Assembly: GCA_965648905.1 (NCBI GenBank)
Contig: CBFGIT010000004.1
Span: 81,433-145,432, forward strand
Reading direction: 5' to 3'
DNA: 64,000 nucleotides
Source of the DNA: a candidate division WOR-3 bacterium
Lineage (GTDB): Bacteria; Hydrothermota; Tepidihabitantia; Tepidihabitantales; Tepidihabitantaceae
The position numbers were made by a program, and so were the translations under genes. Shown in pieces: positions 45,201 through 54,082 of this stretch; the first letter of the stretch is position 1; every line of letters begins with the position of its first letter. Below the pieces are notes generated by a model. It had not been told where the DNA came from and made no database searches. It saw only the letters and a program-made list of their open reading frames with translations.

Positions 45201-45360
45201 AAGCACCGTCCAGAGAGAGCAGTGCGCCCAGCTCAAGAAAGCCGGTGGCCACGTCAAGGTTCCTGGTTATCTGGGCAATCTGGACGATGGCGTCGCGCAG
45301 GGTGACCTCGCCCTGGTTGTCGATAATGGTGGACAGTTTGCCCGACGAGCTGCGGTGCAT
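42295..45360 (-). CDS. PLD-family nuclease domain fused to an SNF2-like helicase
   Basis: FHAK...GSSNFT..GL..NVELN; DGVGLGKT, IIDEAHH, LTATPVNN, SEGLNLQ, QRIGRVDR; ATG 45360 after TTGACC-17-TATAGT. Confidence 0.9.
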   Translation of the reverse strand: MHRSSSGKLSTIIDNQGEVTLRDAIVQIAQITRNLDVATGFLELGALLSLDGAWQKIAKIRILLGDVAGRTTRQELAAAFVRLNDESLEAHKTTDDALTGIEAVRAALDARQIEVRAYTRERFHAKCCLFSTLPPNPVDFAVIGSSNFTRAGLCSNVELNLLTTDQVHIKELSQWFAAMWQDADEKLLNTEAVEIIRRHTRAFSPFEVYAKALYEYLTGREAPVTDWEQRESRVWPRLSRYQQDGYRIAVEMGQAWGGALVCDGVGLGKTYIGLMLLERFVHDRKRVLLIVPKSAQESVWERHWKPSAKNPDPLLKYIYRTEYGQLFSVRRHTDFGREDTISPDKLAELSRDTDVVIIDEAHHFRTPSSNRSRLLARLLRAGNPGKQVFLLTATPVNNSLLDLYHLINYFAPTKDHFSRLGVHDYRRIFSGPDRQFENAIELGDWKDLRAVEQFLAEQQLFKAVLIQRSRRYVKASEQGRANEPVFPVRQRPRVVRYSLRKVYASIYEEIKQAFSRDTPFLNLALYCTEAYKLGEPEERRLLDQRKVVGLIRTLLLKRLESSYKAFEASVEDLLVKMAQFLRAYAPDKFDGWVTANDRHWNRIKDHQRERLELEGDEDEEENDLPEAQRVNPTEHNMGRLLADLVEDMNVLLEFLAKIAKRFYTAEGREDPTKDDKLQQLLALLTGEPEADAPDIRGQKVAIFTEFRATARYLRRQLADVAGLPAVEEIDSTRKLDREEVIRRFAPFYNCEPGQVEEYLKQPINILISTDVLSEGLNLQDAALLVNYDLHWNPVRLIQRIGRVDRRLDLAIERRLNRPAFLDRKIFFWNFLPPQDLEDILGLFRRVTGKVLRINAALGIEGALLTPDDPDMTLKEFNEAYEGQESTEEKLRLELEAIEREHPDLYASLPDLPRRLFSGRAHPARVKPGLFCAWRVWTDAEKKSSEVRWYFRERKTGAIHEALDQTWPAVRCEMSEPRAVRLGVSALKPELQAVEAKPRKLMRDRGLPPSLKPELVCWLEVG

Positions 45361-45452
45361 AGTGGCGCAACTATAGACCGGGTCAAGGCCAAGGTCAAGA
45401 ACCGGGCTGCTGTACGCTTGACCCGGCACAGTTGCCGGGTATCTTGTGGCTG

Positions 45453-47111
45453 ATGCACCGGCGCGTGGTCTTGTTGTTGCTCGGCCTGATTCTGGCCGGA
45501 GCCCTGGCCCTGCGGCTGACCGGCATCAACTGGGGCGTGCCCAGAGCGCCGCATTTCAGGAACTACTTTCAGGACGAGCGGTTTGTGCTGGGCCTTTTGT
45601 TCCAGATGAATCCGGCCCGGCTGGACCTCGACCCGCACTACTACGTCAACCCCAGCCTGCACTACTACACCCTGCTGGCCGCTTTCGTCAAGGCCAATGT
45701 CGTCGGCCTGGGACTGACTTTGCCCGTGGCTGAAGACAATCCGTTCAAGCCCACAGCGCTCGCGGCCCGCACCTACACCGGCCTGTTCCTGGTCGGCCGG
45801 GCCCTGGTCGTGATTCAATCTGTGCTTACAGTCCTGTTGCTGTTTCTCATCGGCCGCAGGCTGTACGGCAGCAGGGCCGGACTCGTCTCTGCGCTGCTCA
45901 TGGCGACAAGCTATCCGTGCGTGTACCAGTCGCACTTTCTTGTCACCGACGCGCCGGCTGTGTTCTGGATGGTTCTGGCATTGTACTTCCTGGTTCGACT
46001 CAGGGCCGAGCCCGGACGCCGGGTGTGGAAAGTGCTTGCGCCGGTCAGCATCGGGCTGGCCATCGGCGCGAAGTACACGAACGTGCTGCTCGTCCTGCCG
46101 TACCTGTACGTGCTGTTTACAGCCCGGTCTGGAGCACGGAGAACGCCGGCTGGTCCGGTGGTCACACGCGCACTCAAGGGTGCGCTGCTTGCTGCCGGTG
46201 CGTTCCTCATCACCACGCCTTATACCTTGCTGTCTTTGCCACGGTTTCTTTCCGGCGATGAGAGTGGCTTTGGCGGCATCTTCGGCGCGCGCGGGCTCGT
46301 CTACTACAATAACTTCCCGCCCGGCCTGGTCGAGCCGTTCCTGGTCGCGACCCCGGCCGCGCTTGGCACCCTCGGCGCGGTTCTGTTCGGCATCGCGGTT
46401 GTGCTCGCTATGCTGCGCCGAAACGAGTCAGACCTGGTCCTGCTGTCCTTCATCGTGCCGTTCTATCTGCTGCTCGTGCTCAAGTCTTCGACCATGCTCA
46501 GGCACATCCTGCCGGTGCTGCCGTTTGCGTTCCTCGTCATGGCCGGGGTGTTGAGCGAGGACATGACCTGGTTCGTGGGGACACGATTCCGCATCGTGTC
46601 CCCAGTGCGCATGTCCCGCGTCGGCATTGCCCTGCTCTGCCTGCTGGCCGCATACTGGGCGGGGTTTTCCCTGGCCGCGGTGTTGCGCATGACCCGGACC
46701 GATACTCGTGTTCAGGTCGAGCAGTGGGTAAGGGCAAACGTGACGACCGAGCGGATCGTGTTGCCGACTTACTTCCCGTTTCGCTACACACCAGCCATTG
46801 ACTCGTTCAACGTGGTCGGGGTGAACTACGACCCGCGCGCCATCGACGACCTGAAGCCGGACTACATCATCCTGACCGAGCCTGAGTTCACTGTGTCGGG
46901 CCGAACCGATGGTCAGGCCGCGCAGAAGCTCGGTTTCCTGGCTGCGGTTCGGTCGCGCCCGGACTACGTGTTGTTCCGGAGCTTCAGCGAGCTGTTCCGC
47001 CTTGGGCCGTTCCGGTTCAGGCCGAAGTTCCCGACCGAGGACTGGAACTTCCCCAGCCCGGAAATCCTTGTGTACCGGCGTGCCTTGACTCCAGGCCGCT
47101 CAGGCGGATAA
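45453..47111 (+). CDS. Glycosyltransferase family 39 (ArnT/PMT-like) membrane protein
   Basis: ALRLTGINWG, FQDE, SHFLVTD, GLAIGAKY, RHILPVLP; many TM helices. Confidence 0.85.
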   Translation: MHRRVVLLLLGLILAGALALRLTGINWGVPRAPHFRNYFQDERFVLGLLFQMNPARLDLDPHYYVNPSLHYYTLLAAFVKANVVGLGLTLPVAEDNPFKPTALAARTYTGLFLVGRALVVIQSVLTVLLLFLIGRRLYGSRAGLVSALLMATSYPCVYQSHFLVTDAPAVFWMVLALYFLVRLRAEPGRRVWKVLAPVSIGLAIGAKYTNVLLVLPYLYVLFTARSGARRTPAGPVVTRALKGALLAAGAFLITTPYTLLSLPRFLSGDESGFGGIFGARGLVYYNNFPPGLVEPFLVATPAALGTLGAVLFGIAVVLAMLRRNESDLVLLSFIVPFYLLLVLKSSTMLRHILPVLPFAFLVMAGVLSEDMTWFVGTRFRIVSPVRMSRVGIALLCLLAAYWAGFSLAAVLRMTRTDTRVQVEQWVRANVTTERIVLPTYFPFRYTPAIDSFNVVGVNYDPRAIDDLKPDYIILTEPEFTVSGRTDGQAAQKLGFLAAVRSRPDYVLFRSFSELFRLGPFRFRPKFPTEDWNFPSPEILVYRRALTPGRSGG

Positions 47112-47171
47112 TCTTCTAGCCCTTTGGGGCAGGCAATAAGCATCTTCACCACAGGCCAACAGGAGGTATCT

Positions 47172-50100
47172 GTGAAATCGTTCGCCGTGCTGCTCGTGGC
47201 GGCGTGTCTGGCGTTTGCCGGCACAGTCCCGGTCACGATTCAGACCAATCCCCAGGATGTCACCCTGACCCTGAAAGACGGGTTCACGGTCGTGACCCTG
47301 TTATCAAGACAGGACGGTGTCGCTCAGGTGACAACCACCGAACCAGGCAGTCCGCTCCTGCCCGTATTCATCGGCAATGTCAGCATCCCGGCCGGCGCGG
47401 AAGTCGAGGGCGTGGAGCTGGTGAACGCCGAGCGCATCGAGCTCGGCACCGGCCACCGGCTTTATCCGGTTCAGCCGATGCGGCCTTTGTCGAAGTTTGA
47501 CGAAGTGACGTTTGTCGCGCCGAATCAGACAATCTACGCCAGCGATGCGGCGTATCCGGCCTTGCTGCCGGCTGCGATTCCGGCCGGGTCCAAGGCCGGG
47601 TTCAGAATTGCCGGGTTTGAGTTCTGCCCGTTTGAGTACTATCCGGCCTCGGGCCGGCTCGTACTCATCACCCGGGCCGAGCTGCTGGTCCGTTTCCGGG
47701 AGAACGCGGTCGCCGTGCCCGTGCTCACCCTAAGCCAGCGCGACATGGCCGCGGCTGACGTCGCACACATTGTGATGAACTCTTCTGACGTCACGCGCAT
47801 GGCCCCGCCTGCGCTCGAAAAGGACGCAGACGAGATTGACGTGATGATTGTCACATCCGCGGCCCTGGTGCCGGCAATCGATAACTTCCGGAAGTACGTG
47901 GCACGCAAGGGCTACTTTGTCAAGGTCATACCGGCTGAGACAATCTACGCCCGCTATACCGGCTACGACAATCCCGAGAAGATTCGGAACATGCTGAAGG
48001 AGAAGTTCGCCCAGAACGGCCTCAAGTGCGTTATCCTTGCCGGCGACGTGCAGCACGTTCCCTGTCGTACCGGCTATCTGCCCTACTCACCCTACAACGT
48101 GCCCGCGGACTGGTACTTTGCCGACCTTGACGGCACGTGGGATGCGAATAACAACCATCAGTACGGCGAGATGGACGGCGACGCGGTCGACCTGTACTCA
48201 GACATCATCGTTGCCCGGCTGCCGTTTGACTCTGCGGGCAACGTCGCCAACTTCTTGCGAAAGGATTCGACCTACGAACTCCTGCCCGATACCGCGTACC
48301 TGAACAACGTCATTCTGCCGTTCGAGTGGCTCTGGCAGAACATCGACTTTGCCGGCCGGATTGTGAACAAGAACATCGCTCTGGCGCTCGGCCGGATGAG
48401 CACGTGGGAAGTTGACTCCGGTCTTTCCATGCCGCCGGCCACAGTCGTGGCCGCGCTGAATGCGGGCCGTCACCTGTTCCACTTTGCCGGCCACGGCTCG
48501 GTCACTGCGTTCGGCTCGACATTCTCGACCTCGAACCTGCCGTCGTTGACCAACATCGGCAAGCTGCCGATTGTCAACTCGATGGCCTGCGACTGCGGCA
48601 ATTTTGACCAGCAGGAGTGTCTGGCCGAGCAGTTCATCAACGTCACCAACGGCGGCGCCGTGTCGGCGACGCTCAATGCCCGTTACGGCTGGGGCGCACC
48701 GCCGACCATGGGGCCTTCTGAGAACCTGTGCATGGAGTTCTACAACAACTACATCAAGGGCATGCCCCAGGGCCAGGCGTACAATCTGGCCAAGGATTTC
48801 TACCGGAACGCGGCGTTCACCCAGCTTACCTATCGCTGGTCGGTGTACGACTGGACTTTCCAGGGCGACCCGACCATGCGCATGTGGCGAACCGTGCCGC
48901 GGACCCTGGCTGTGATTGCGCCGGATACGGTCATGGCCGGCCCGCAGATGCTGGAGGTGACGATTGACTGCGGTGATGAGCCGGTCAAGGACGCACGGGT
49001 GGCATTGACCCACCTGGGCGAACTTCTGGGCCGGGGCGTGACTAATTCCCAGGGTTGGACCGCGTTCCCAATTACTGCGCCGGACGACACCTGGACCATG
49101 GTGCTGACGGTGCATGCTCAGGATGCGCGGCTCTATGAGAAGACGGTCTATGCCGGCGGCTCGTGCCCGGACGCGGTTGTGACCTTGAGCCACGTTGAGG
49201 TGGCAGACGGCAACGGTCGGCTCGACCCGAACGAGGAGCCGGATATCTACTTCGTGGCCAAGAACTTCGGTGCCGCGCCCGCGACCAGCGTCACCGGTAC
49301 GCTTCAGTCGCTTTCGCCCTATGTGACCGTGCTGCAGGCAAGCGCGACCTACGGCGACATCGCATCACAGGATACGGCACAGGGCAGCGCGTACAAGGTG
49401 CGCGTCAGTCGTGACTGCCCGCACGGCCATGGGGCTGAGTTCGTGCTTGAGTTCGCGTCGAACGAGGGCACCTGGCGCACACCGACAACCTGCATTGTCG
49501 GTCTGCCCAAGGCACGCGGCGGTCTGACTGCGGTCCACGATACCGCGGACTTCTGCCTGACGGTCTGCGCCAACGGCGGCATCGGCACCACGACCTGGCG
49601 CGGCGAAGGGTTCGGCTTCATCTATCCGAAAGTGCGGCAGTGGTCCTCGTCGGCCTTGATGCACGGCTCATTCATGCTCGCAACCGACACGACCTGGGTC
49701 GCGGACAACTACTATGGCACGCCCTGGCAGGAAACGCCATTCGACTTCGCGATGGTCGAGTCGTTGCGGCCGGTCTACCCGGTTGAGCTCGGTAATCAGG
49801 AGTACATGTGCGAGTTTGACGACTCGAACCACCCGAACCCGAAGAACCTGTCGGTGACCCAGCGGAGTTATGTCAGCGCGGCCCTTGCCCACAAGGACTT
49901 TGTCGTGCTTGAGTATCGCATCCACAACCACGGCACAGAACCGGTGATGGGCCTTTACACCGGTGTGGCCTGCGACTTCCGCACCCCGGGTTGGAACGTT
50001 CTTGACCAGTACGACTATGCTGGTGTCGACTCGGCCCGGGTTCTTGCCTACACCAAGTCGCACTCATCAGGCGAGACCCTGGCCCTGGGCGTGCGGCCGA

Positions 50101-50657
50101 TCTACCCGACCGGCATGAACGGCTGGGCCAACTGCATCAACCATAACACCCACATCAACGACGGGTTCACCAAGAGCGAGAAAGCGCGGTTCATGAACGG
50201 CACTCTGCGCGCAACCTCGGGCACGACTGTAGGCAACTACCATGCTCTGGTTTCAAACGGCCCGTTCACGATCCCTGCGGGCGACAGCCAGATTGTCGCC
50301 TACGTCATCTGCGGTGCTCGGACCGTCAACCAGATGACCGCGGTGTCGGACACGGCCTACGAGTGGTACGACCCGCCGGTCGCAGTGGCGGAAGCGCCGC
50401 TGGTCAGGGCGCTGGTACGCGGGTTCGACGTGGCGCCGCGCATCTCCAGCCGCGGCTTCGTCATCAGCTACAGCCTGTCCCGGCTCGAACCGGTGACCGT
50501 GGTGGCTCTTGACGTTGTCGGCCGGGAAGTCGACCGCCTGACTTTTGTGCCTCAGGCGACATCGGGCAGCGTGGCATGGAGGCCGAGGACTGTGGACCGC
50601 GGGGTCTACTTCCTTAAGGTCGGCGACCAGTCCCGCAAGGTCGTCACGACCGACTAG
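47172..50657 (+). CDS. Gingipain-like C25 cysteine peptidase with T9SS-type CTD
   Basis: GTG 47172 after AGGAGG; LYPVQP, ILAGD, FAGHGS, MACDCG, GDPTM; C-terminal RGVYFLKV...KVV. Confidence 0.9.
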   Translation: MKSFAVLLVAACLAFAGTVPVTIQTNPQDVTLTLKDGFTVVTLLSRQDGVAQVTTTEPGSPLLPVFIGNVSIPAGAEVEGVELVNAERIELGTGHRLYPVQPMRPLSKFDEVTFVAPNQTIYASDAAYPALLPAAIPAGSKAGFRIAGFEFCPFEYYPASGRLVLITRAELLVRFRENAVAVPVLTLSQRDMAAADVAHIVMNSSDVTRMAPPALEKDADEIDVMIVTSAALVPAIDNFRKYVARKGYFVKVIPAETIYARYTGYDNPEKIRNMLKEKFAQNGLKCVILAGDVQHVPCRTGYLPYSPYNVPADWYFADLDGTWDANNNHQYGEMDGDAVDLYSDIIVARLPFDSAGNVANFLRKDSTYELLPDTAYLNNVILPFEWLWQNIDFAGRIVNKNIALALGRMSTWEVDSGLSMPPATVVAALNAGRHLFHFAGHGSVTAFGSTFSTSNLPSLTNIGKLPIVNSMACDCGNFDQQECLAEQFINVTNGGAVSATLNARYGWGAPPTMGPSENLCMEFYNNYIKGMPQGQAYNLAKDFYRNAAFTQLTYRWSVYDWTFQGDPTMRMWRTVPRTLAVIAPDTVMAGPQMLEVTIDCGDEPVKDARVALTHLGELLGRGVTNSQGWTAFPITAPDDTWTMVLTVHAQDARLYEKTVYAGGSCPDAVVTLSHVEVADGNGRLDPNEEPDIYFVAKNFGAAPATSVTGTLQSLSPYVTVLQASATYGDIASQDTAQGSAYKVRVSRDCPHGHGAEFVLEFASNEGTWRTPTTCIVGLPKARGGLTAVHDTADFCLTVCANGGIGTTTWRGEGFGFIYPKVRQWSSSALMHGSFMLATDTTWVADNYYGTPWQETPFDFAMVESLRPVYPVELGNQEYMCEFDDSNHPNPKNLSVTQRSYVSAALAHKDFVVLEYRIHNHGTEPVMGLYTGVACDFRTPGWNVLDQYDYAGVDSARVLAYTKSHSSGETLALGVRPIYPTGMNGWANCINHNTHINDGFTKSEKARFMNGTLRATSGTTVGNYHALVSNGPFTIPAGDSQIVAYVICGARTVNQMTAVSDTAYEWYDPPVAVAEAPLVRALVRGFDVAPRISSRGFVISYSLSRLEPVTVVALDVVGREVDRLTFVPQATSGSVAWRPRTVDRGVYFLKVGDQSRKVVTTD

Positions 50658-50671
50658 CACGCTGCCTTCGA

Positions 50672-50707
50672 GCACGGCGGCCCCCTGACCGGGGCCGCCG
50701 TGCCTTT
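50672..50707. terminator. Terminator hairpin between convergent genes
   Basis: GCACGGCGGCCCC-N6-GGGGCCGCCGTGC then CTTT. Confidence 0.75.
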
Positions 50708-50752
50708 CGAGCCGGTCGAGGAAGTTACGTTGAGGGGTGGATAAGAAAGTGG

Positions 50753-52690
50753 CTAGAGCCGTGAGGTGATGGCCGGTCCCGTGCGCTCGCCGGTACGCGC
50801 GTCGGTCAGCAGGCTGTCGAGCGTTGCCGGGCTGGCAATGACGACCCGGTAGTCACGGTGCAGTGACCGGCAGAGCGTGGACCGGAGCAGCACCTCGGCA
50901 TAGAGCCCTTCGACCGGCAGGAACATGATCGCCACGTCAGCGACCCCGGGCAGCGCGCCGTACTTCCGGCGCATCGCAGCAGCAGCGCTCAGGATAGCTG
51001 TCTCCAGCTCGTTGCCGGCCCGGGCCACAGCCTCGGCGTCGCCTGCGGAACGAGCCTGAACCAGCTTTTCATAGACGTCAGCCGGCGACACAATGTCAAT
51101 CGGCATCCAGGTGACTCGGTCTCCGTTTCCGCCCGGCACCGGCACCAGCCGGCCCAGCTCATGTTGTCCGGCCGGCTCAGTTCCGGGCTGGTGCAGTTCA
51201 GCCACCTGGGCGGCAAGGTGGCTGACCTCGGTTGCCAATCGCTCGACCAGGACCGACTGGTCGCCAATCAACCGGGCCAGCTCGGCGTGCTGCTGGTCGT
51301 GACCGGAGCCGGCCTCAGGTCGCATTCGACTCAGTCCTTCTTCGAGCAATCGCCCGGTCTCAGCACCGTCCTGGCGCAGGTTGGCGAGGCCGGTAATCAG
51401 CGTCTCGAGTTTGGTGCGCTGGTCAGCGTTGAACTCGGCCAGCCGCTGCTCGATTGCCGGGCCAAGCCGTCCCAGCGCATCAGTCACCTCGACCAGACGG
51501 CTACGCAACTGCTCCAGCTCGGACTCGAACCGGGCAGGCAGTGACGGCTCGGGTTCAGATTCTGATTGAGCAGCAAGCCGGGCTGAGACCTGTTCAACAG
51601 CCCCGGCCAGCTCCTGCAGCCGAGCGCCGAACTGCTCGGTCAATTCGTGCCGGAGCCCGGTCAGGGCTGCGCCCAGCACGTTCAATCTCTCCTGAAGTCG
51701 TCCAGCCTGCTCCTCAGCCGCACCAACAAGGCGTTCGTCGATTGCGGCACGGCATGATGATGTGACCTGCCCGATGGTCTCGACCGCAGTTGAGACGCTG
51801 GTCTGCACCGCCTTCAGGCCGGCCTGCTGTTCCTCCAGGTCCCGAGCCAGGACAACCACTGACTCAGACATCTGTTTAATCAGCCAGTCGAGCTCGGTGA
51901 ACCGATTGACAACACCCTCAAGCGCGGTCGCCAACTGCCGCTGGAACGACGTGAGCACGTTGGCCAGCTTGCGGTCATTCTCCTCGGCCAGCAGCTCAAG
52001 CTGCTGTTTCATCTCGGCCCGGTTGGCTTCCTGCTGACAGGTGCTTTCCCGGGTCAGCGCTTCGAGCCGCTCGAGCACGGCGTCGACCTGCCCGTGCTGC
52101 ACGGCCAGAGCCTGGGACAACCGGTCGTGCACCAGCCCCTGCAACTGACTGACCGCCAGATTGGCCTCGTCCAGTGCCCGGGCCGCGTTCTCAGACGAGT
52201 GCTGCAGCCGTTCGTCCGACTCGGCCCGCAGTTCGGTCATGCGGTGCTGCCACTCTTCTTCCTGGGTCTTGAGCTTTGTCTCAAGCGTGGCGCGCAGCTC
52301 TTCCAGCCGGGCCTCGGTGCTGACCGTCAGCGCGGTGACCTCGCGTTCAAGTGCCTGAGTCCGCTCGGTCTCGGTCGAAGCCAGCTCGGCCAACTGACCC
52401 GACACCATCTGGAGCGAGGTGCGAATCCGCTCGAACTCCGCGGTCGGAAAGGCGCCTCCGGACTGTGCAATCGGCCGCTGACGGTCCGACTCGGCCATGG
52501 TTCGCTCGACCGCGGACAGGCCCGCGGTCAGGCTCTGAAGATAATCATGGGTCTTGTTCTGAAACGAGGCGAGCGTGGCCGACAGGCCTTTCAGATTGCG
52601 CCGCGTTGCCGAGACTCGCACGAGAAGCAGCAGGCAGAGGAAGGCAACCAGCCCGGCCAGAACGACCACGACCACGACGGCTGCGTTCAC
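50753..52690 (-). CDS. Membrane-anchored long coiled-coil protein with divergent RmuC-like C-terminal domain
   Basis: N-terminal TM helix, heptad-rich middle, DVAIMFLPVEGLYAEVL...VVIASPATL. Confidence 0.75.
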   Translation of the reverse strand: MNAAVVVVVVLAGLVAFLCLLLLVRVSATRRNLKGLSATLASFQNKTHDYLQSLTAGLSAVERTMAESDRQRPIAQSGGAFPTAEFERIRTSLQMVSGQLAELASTETERTQALEREVTALTVSTEARLEELRATLETKLKTQEEEWQHRMTELRAESDERLQHSSENAARALDEANLAVSQLQGLVHDRLSQALAVQHGQVDAVLERLEALTRESTCQQEANRAEMKQQLELLAEENDRKLANVLTSFQRQLATALEGVVNRFTELDWLIKQMSESVVVLARDLEEQQAGLKAVQTSVSTAVETIGQVTSSCRAAIDERLVGAAEEQAGRLQERLNVLGAALTGLRHELTEQFGARLQELAGAVEQVSARLAAQSESEPEPSLPARFESELEQLRSRLVEVTDALGRLGPAIEQRLAEFNADQRTKLETLITGLANLRQDGAETGRLLEEGLSRMRPEAGSGHDQQHAELARLIGDQSVLVERLATEVSHLAAQVAELHQPGTEPAGQHELGRLVPVPGGNGDRVTWMPIDIVSPADVYEKLVQARSAGDAEAVARAGNELETAILSAAAAMRRKYGALPGVADVAIMFLPVEGLYAEVLLRSTLCRSLHRDYRVVIASPATLDSLLTDARTGERTGPAITSRL

Positions 52691-52875
52691 CGGGAGACGA
52701 ACCTCCGGAGCGGCAGCGCAGCAGGCGGACGGCGGTAGTTAAGTCGCATAGCTCGCAAAGGCCAAGCCTGGTCAGTTACTGGCAGATTGAGCATAGACCA
52801 AAGACCAGCCGGTGTCAAACGCCTCGCAGTCGAGCATCATCTTGACATCGTGCCTGCTTTGGGGTATAAAGACTG

Positions 52876-54060
52876 ATGCACGATGCGGCCGCGACCCGGC
52901 TCGCCCGCGTCCCACCGTACCTGTTCAAGGAACTGGACGAGCTGAAGGCGCGCGCGGGCCCGGGTCTTATCGACTTGGGCGAAGGCAGCCCGGACCAGCC
53001 CGCACCCAAGCCGGTCATTACCGCACTGGTCAAAGCCCTGGCCCGACCTGAAAACCATCGCTACCCGTCGTACTCGGGCAAACCCGAGGCGCGCGCCGCG
53101 GTTGCCGCCTGGTATGGCCGCCGGTTCGGTGTCGAGCTCGACCCTGAGACCGAGGTTACGATGCTCATCGGCTCCAAAGAAGGCGCGGCGCATCTAATCT
53201 GGGCCTGCTGCGGGCCGGGCGATGTCGTCGCGGTTTCCGACCCCGGATATCCGGTGTACCAGAATCAGGCCCGGCTGTGCGGTGCAACCCCGGTCGCAAT
53301 TCCGCTGCTGGAGAAGAACGACTTCCTGCCCGAACTGGAATGGCTCAGGTCGATTGCCAACCGCGTGAAGCTGGTCTGTCTTAACTACCCGTCCAACCCG
53401 ACCGGTGCCTGTGCGCCGACAAGCTTCTACGAGGAGATCGTTGCCCTGGCCCGCCGGTACGGGTTCTTCATCGCCAACGATAACGTCTACTCCGAAATCC
53501 ACTTCGGCACAAGCCGGCCGCCGAGCATCCTTCAGGTCCACGGTGCCAGAGACTGCTGCATTGAGTTCCACTCTCTGTCCAAGAGCTTCAACATGGCCGG
53601 CTGGCGCATCGGCATGGCCGTGGGCAACCGGGCGCTGATTGCGGCCCTGCTGAAAATCAAACAGAACACCGATTCCGGGCCGTTCGGCGCGATTCAGGAC
53701 GCGGCTGCTTTTGCCCTGCGTCGGGGCGAGAGCCTTATCCGGCAGACCCGCCAGTTGTACAAAGAGCGGCGCGACGCATTCTGCGACGAGCTCGCCCGGG
53801 CCGGCTGGGCTGTGCCTCGGCCGGCAGCGACGTTCTATGTCTGGGCGCCAGTGCCGCCTCAGGCCGGAACTGCGCGGCCGGGCGAGTCGGCGTCGGCGTC
53901 GTTCGTGCGCCGGCTGCTGGTCAACTGTCAGGTGATGGCCGCGCCCGGGGTCGGATTCGGCCAGCACGGCGAGGGCTATGTCCGGTTCGCCTTGGTCGCG
54001 GACAGAAGAAAGCTCGTGCTGGCGGCAAAGCGCATCGGAAGCTGGCTCGGCCCGAAGTGA
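52876..54060 (+). CDS. dapL: Class I/II PLP aminotransferase, probable LL-diaminopimelate aminotransferase
   Basis: LIGSKEG, LNYPSNPTG, DNVYSEI, EFHSLSKSFNMAGWRIG, GEGYVRF; adjacent to aspartate kinase. Confidence 0.8.
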   Translation: MHDAAATRLARVPPYLFKELDELKARAGPGLIDLGEGSPDQPAPKPVITALVKALARPENHRYPSYSGKPEARAAVAAWYGRRFGVELDPETEVTMLIGSKEGAAHLIWACCGPGDVVAVSDPGYPVYQNQARLCGATPVAIPLLEKNDFLPELEWLRSIANRVKLVCLNYPSNPTGACAPTSFYEEIVALARRYGFFIANDNVYSEIHFGTSRPPSILQVHGARDCCIEFHSLSKSFNMAGWRIGMAVGNRALIAALLKIKQNTDSGPFGAIQDAAAFALRRGESLIRQTRQLYKERRDAFCDELARAGWAVPRPAATFYVWAPVPPQAGTARPGESASASFVRRLLVNCQVMAAPGVGFGQHGEGYVRFALVADRRKLVLAAKRIGSWLGPK

Positions 54061-54082
54061 CCGAGAAACTGGTCCCTGGAGC

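Noticed and set aside
37073..45360. Complete BREX type 2 or DISARM system
   Set aside because: No pglZ/pglY/pglW/brxD/brxHI or drmA/drmB genes adjacent in the window
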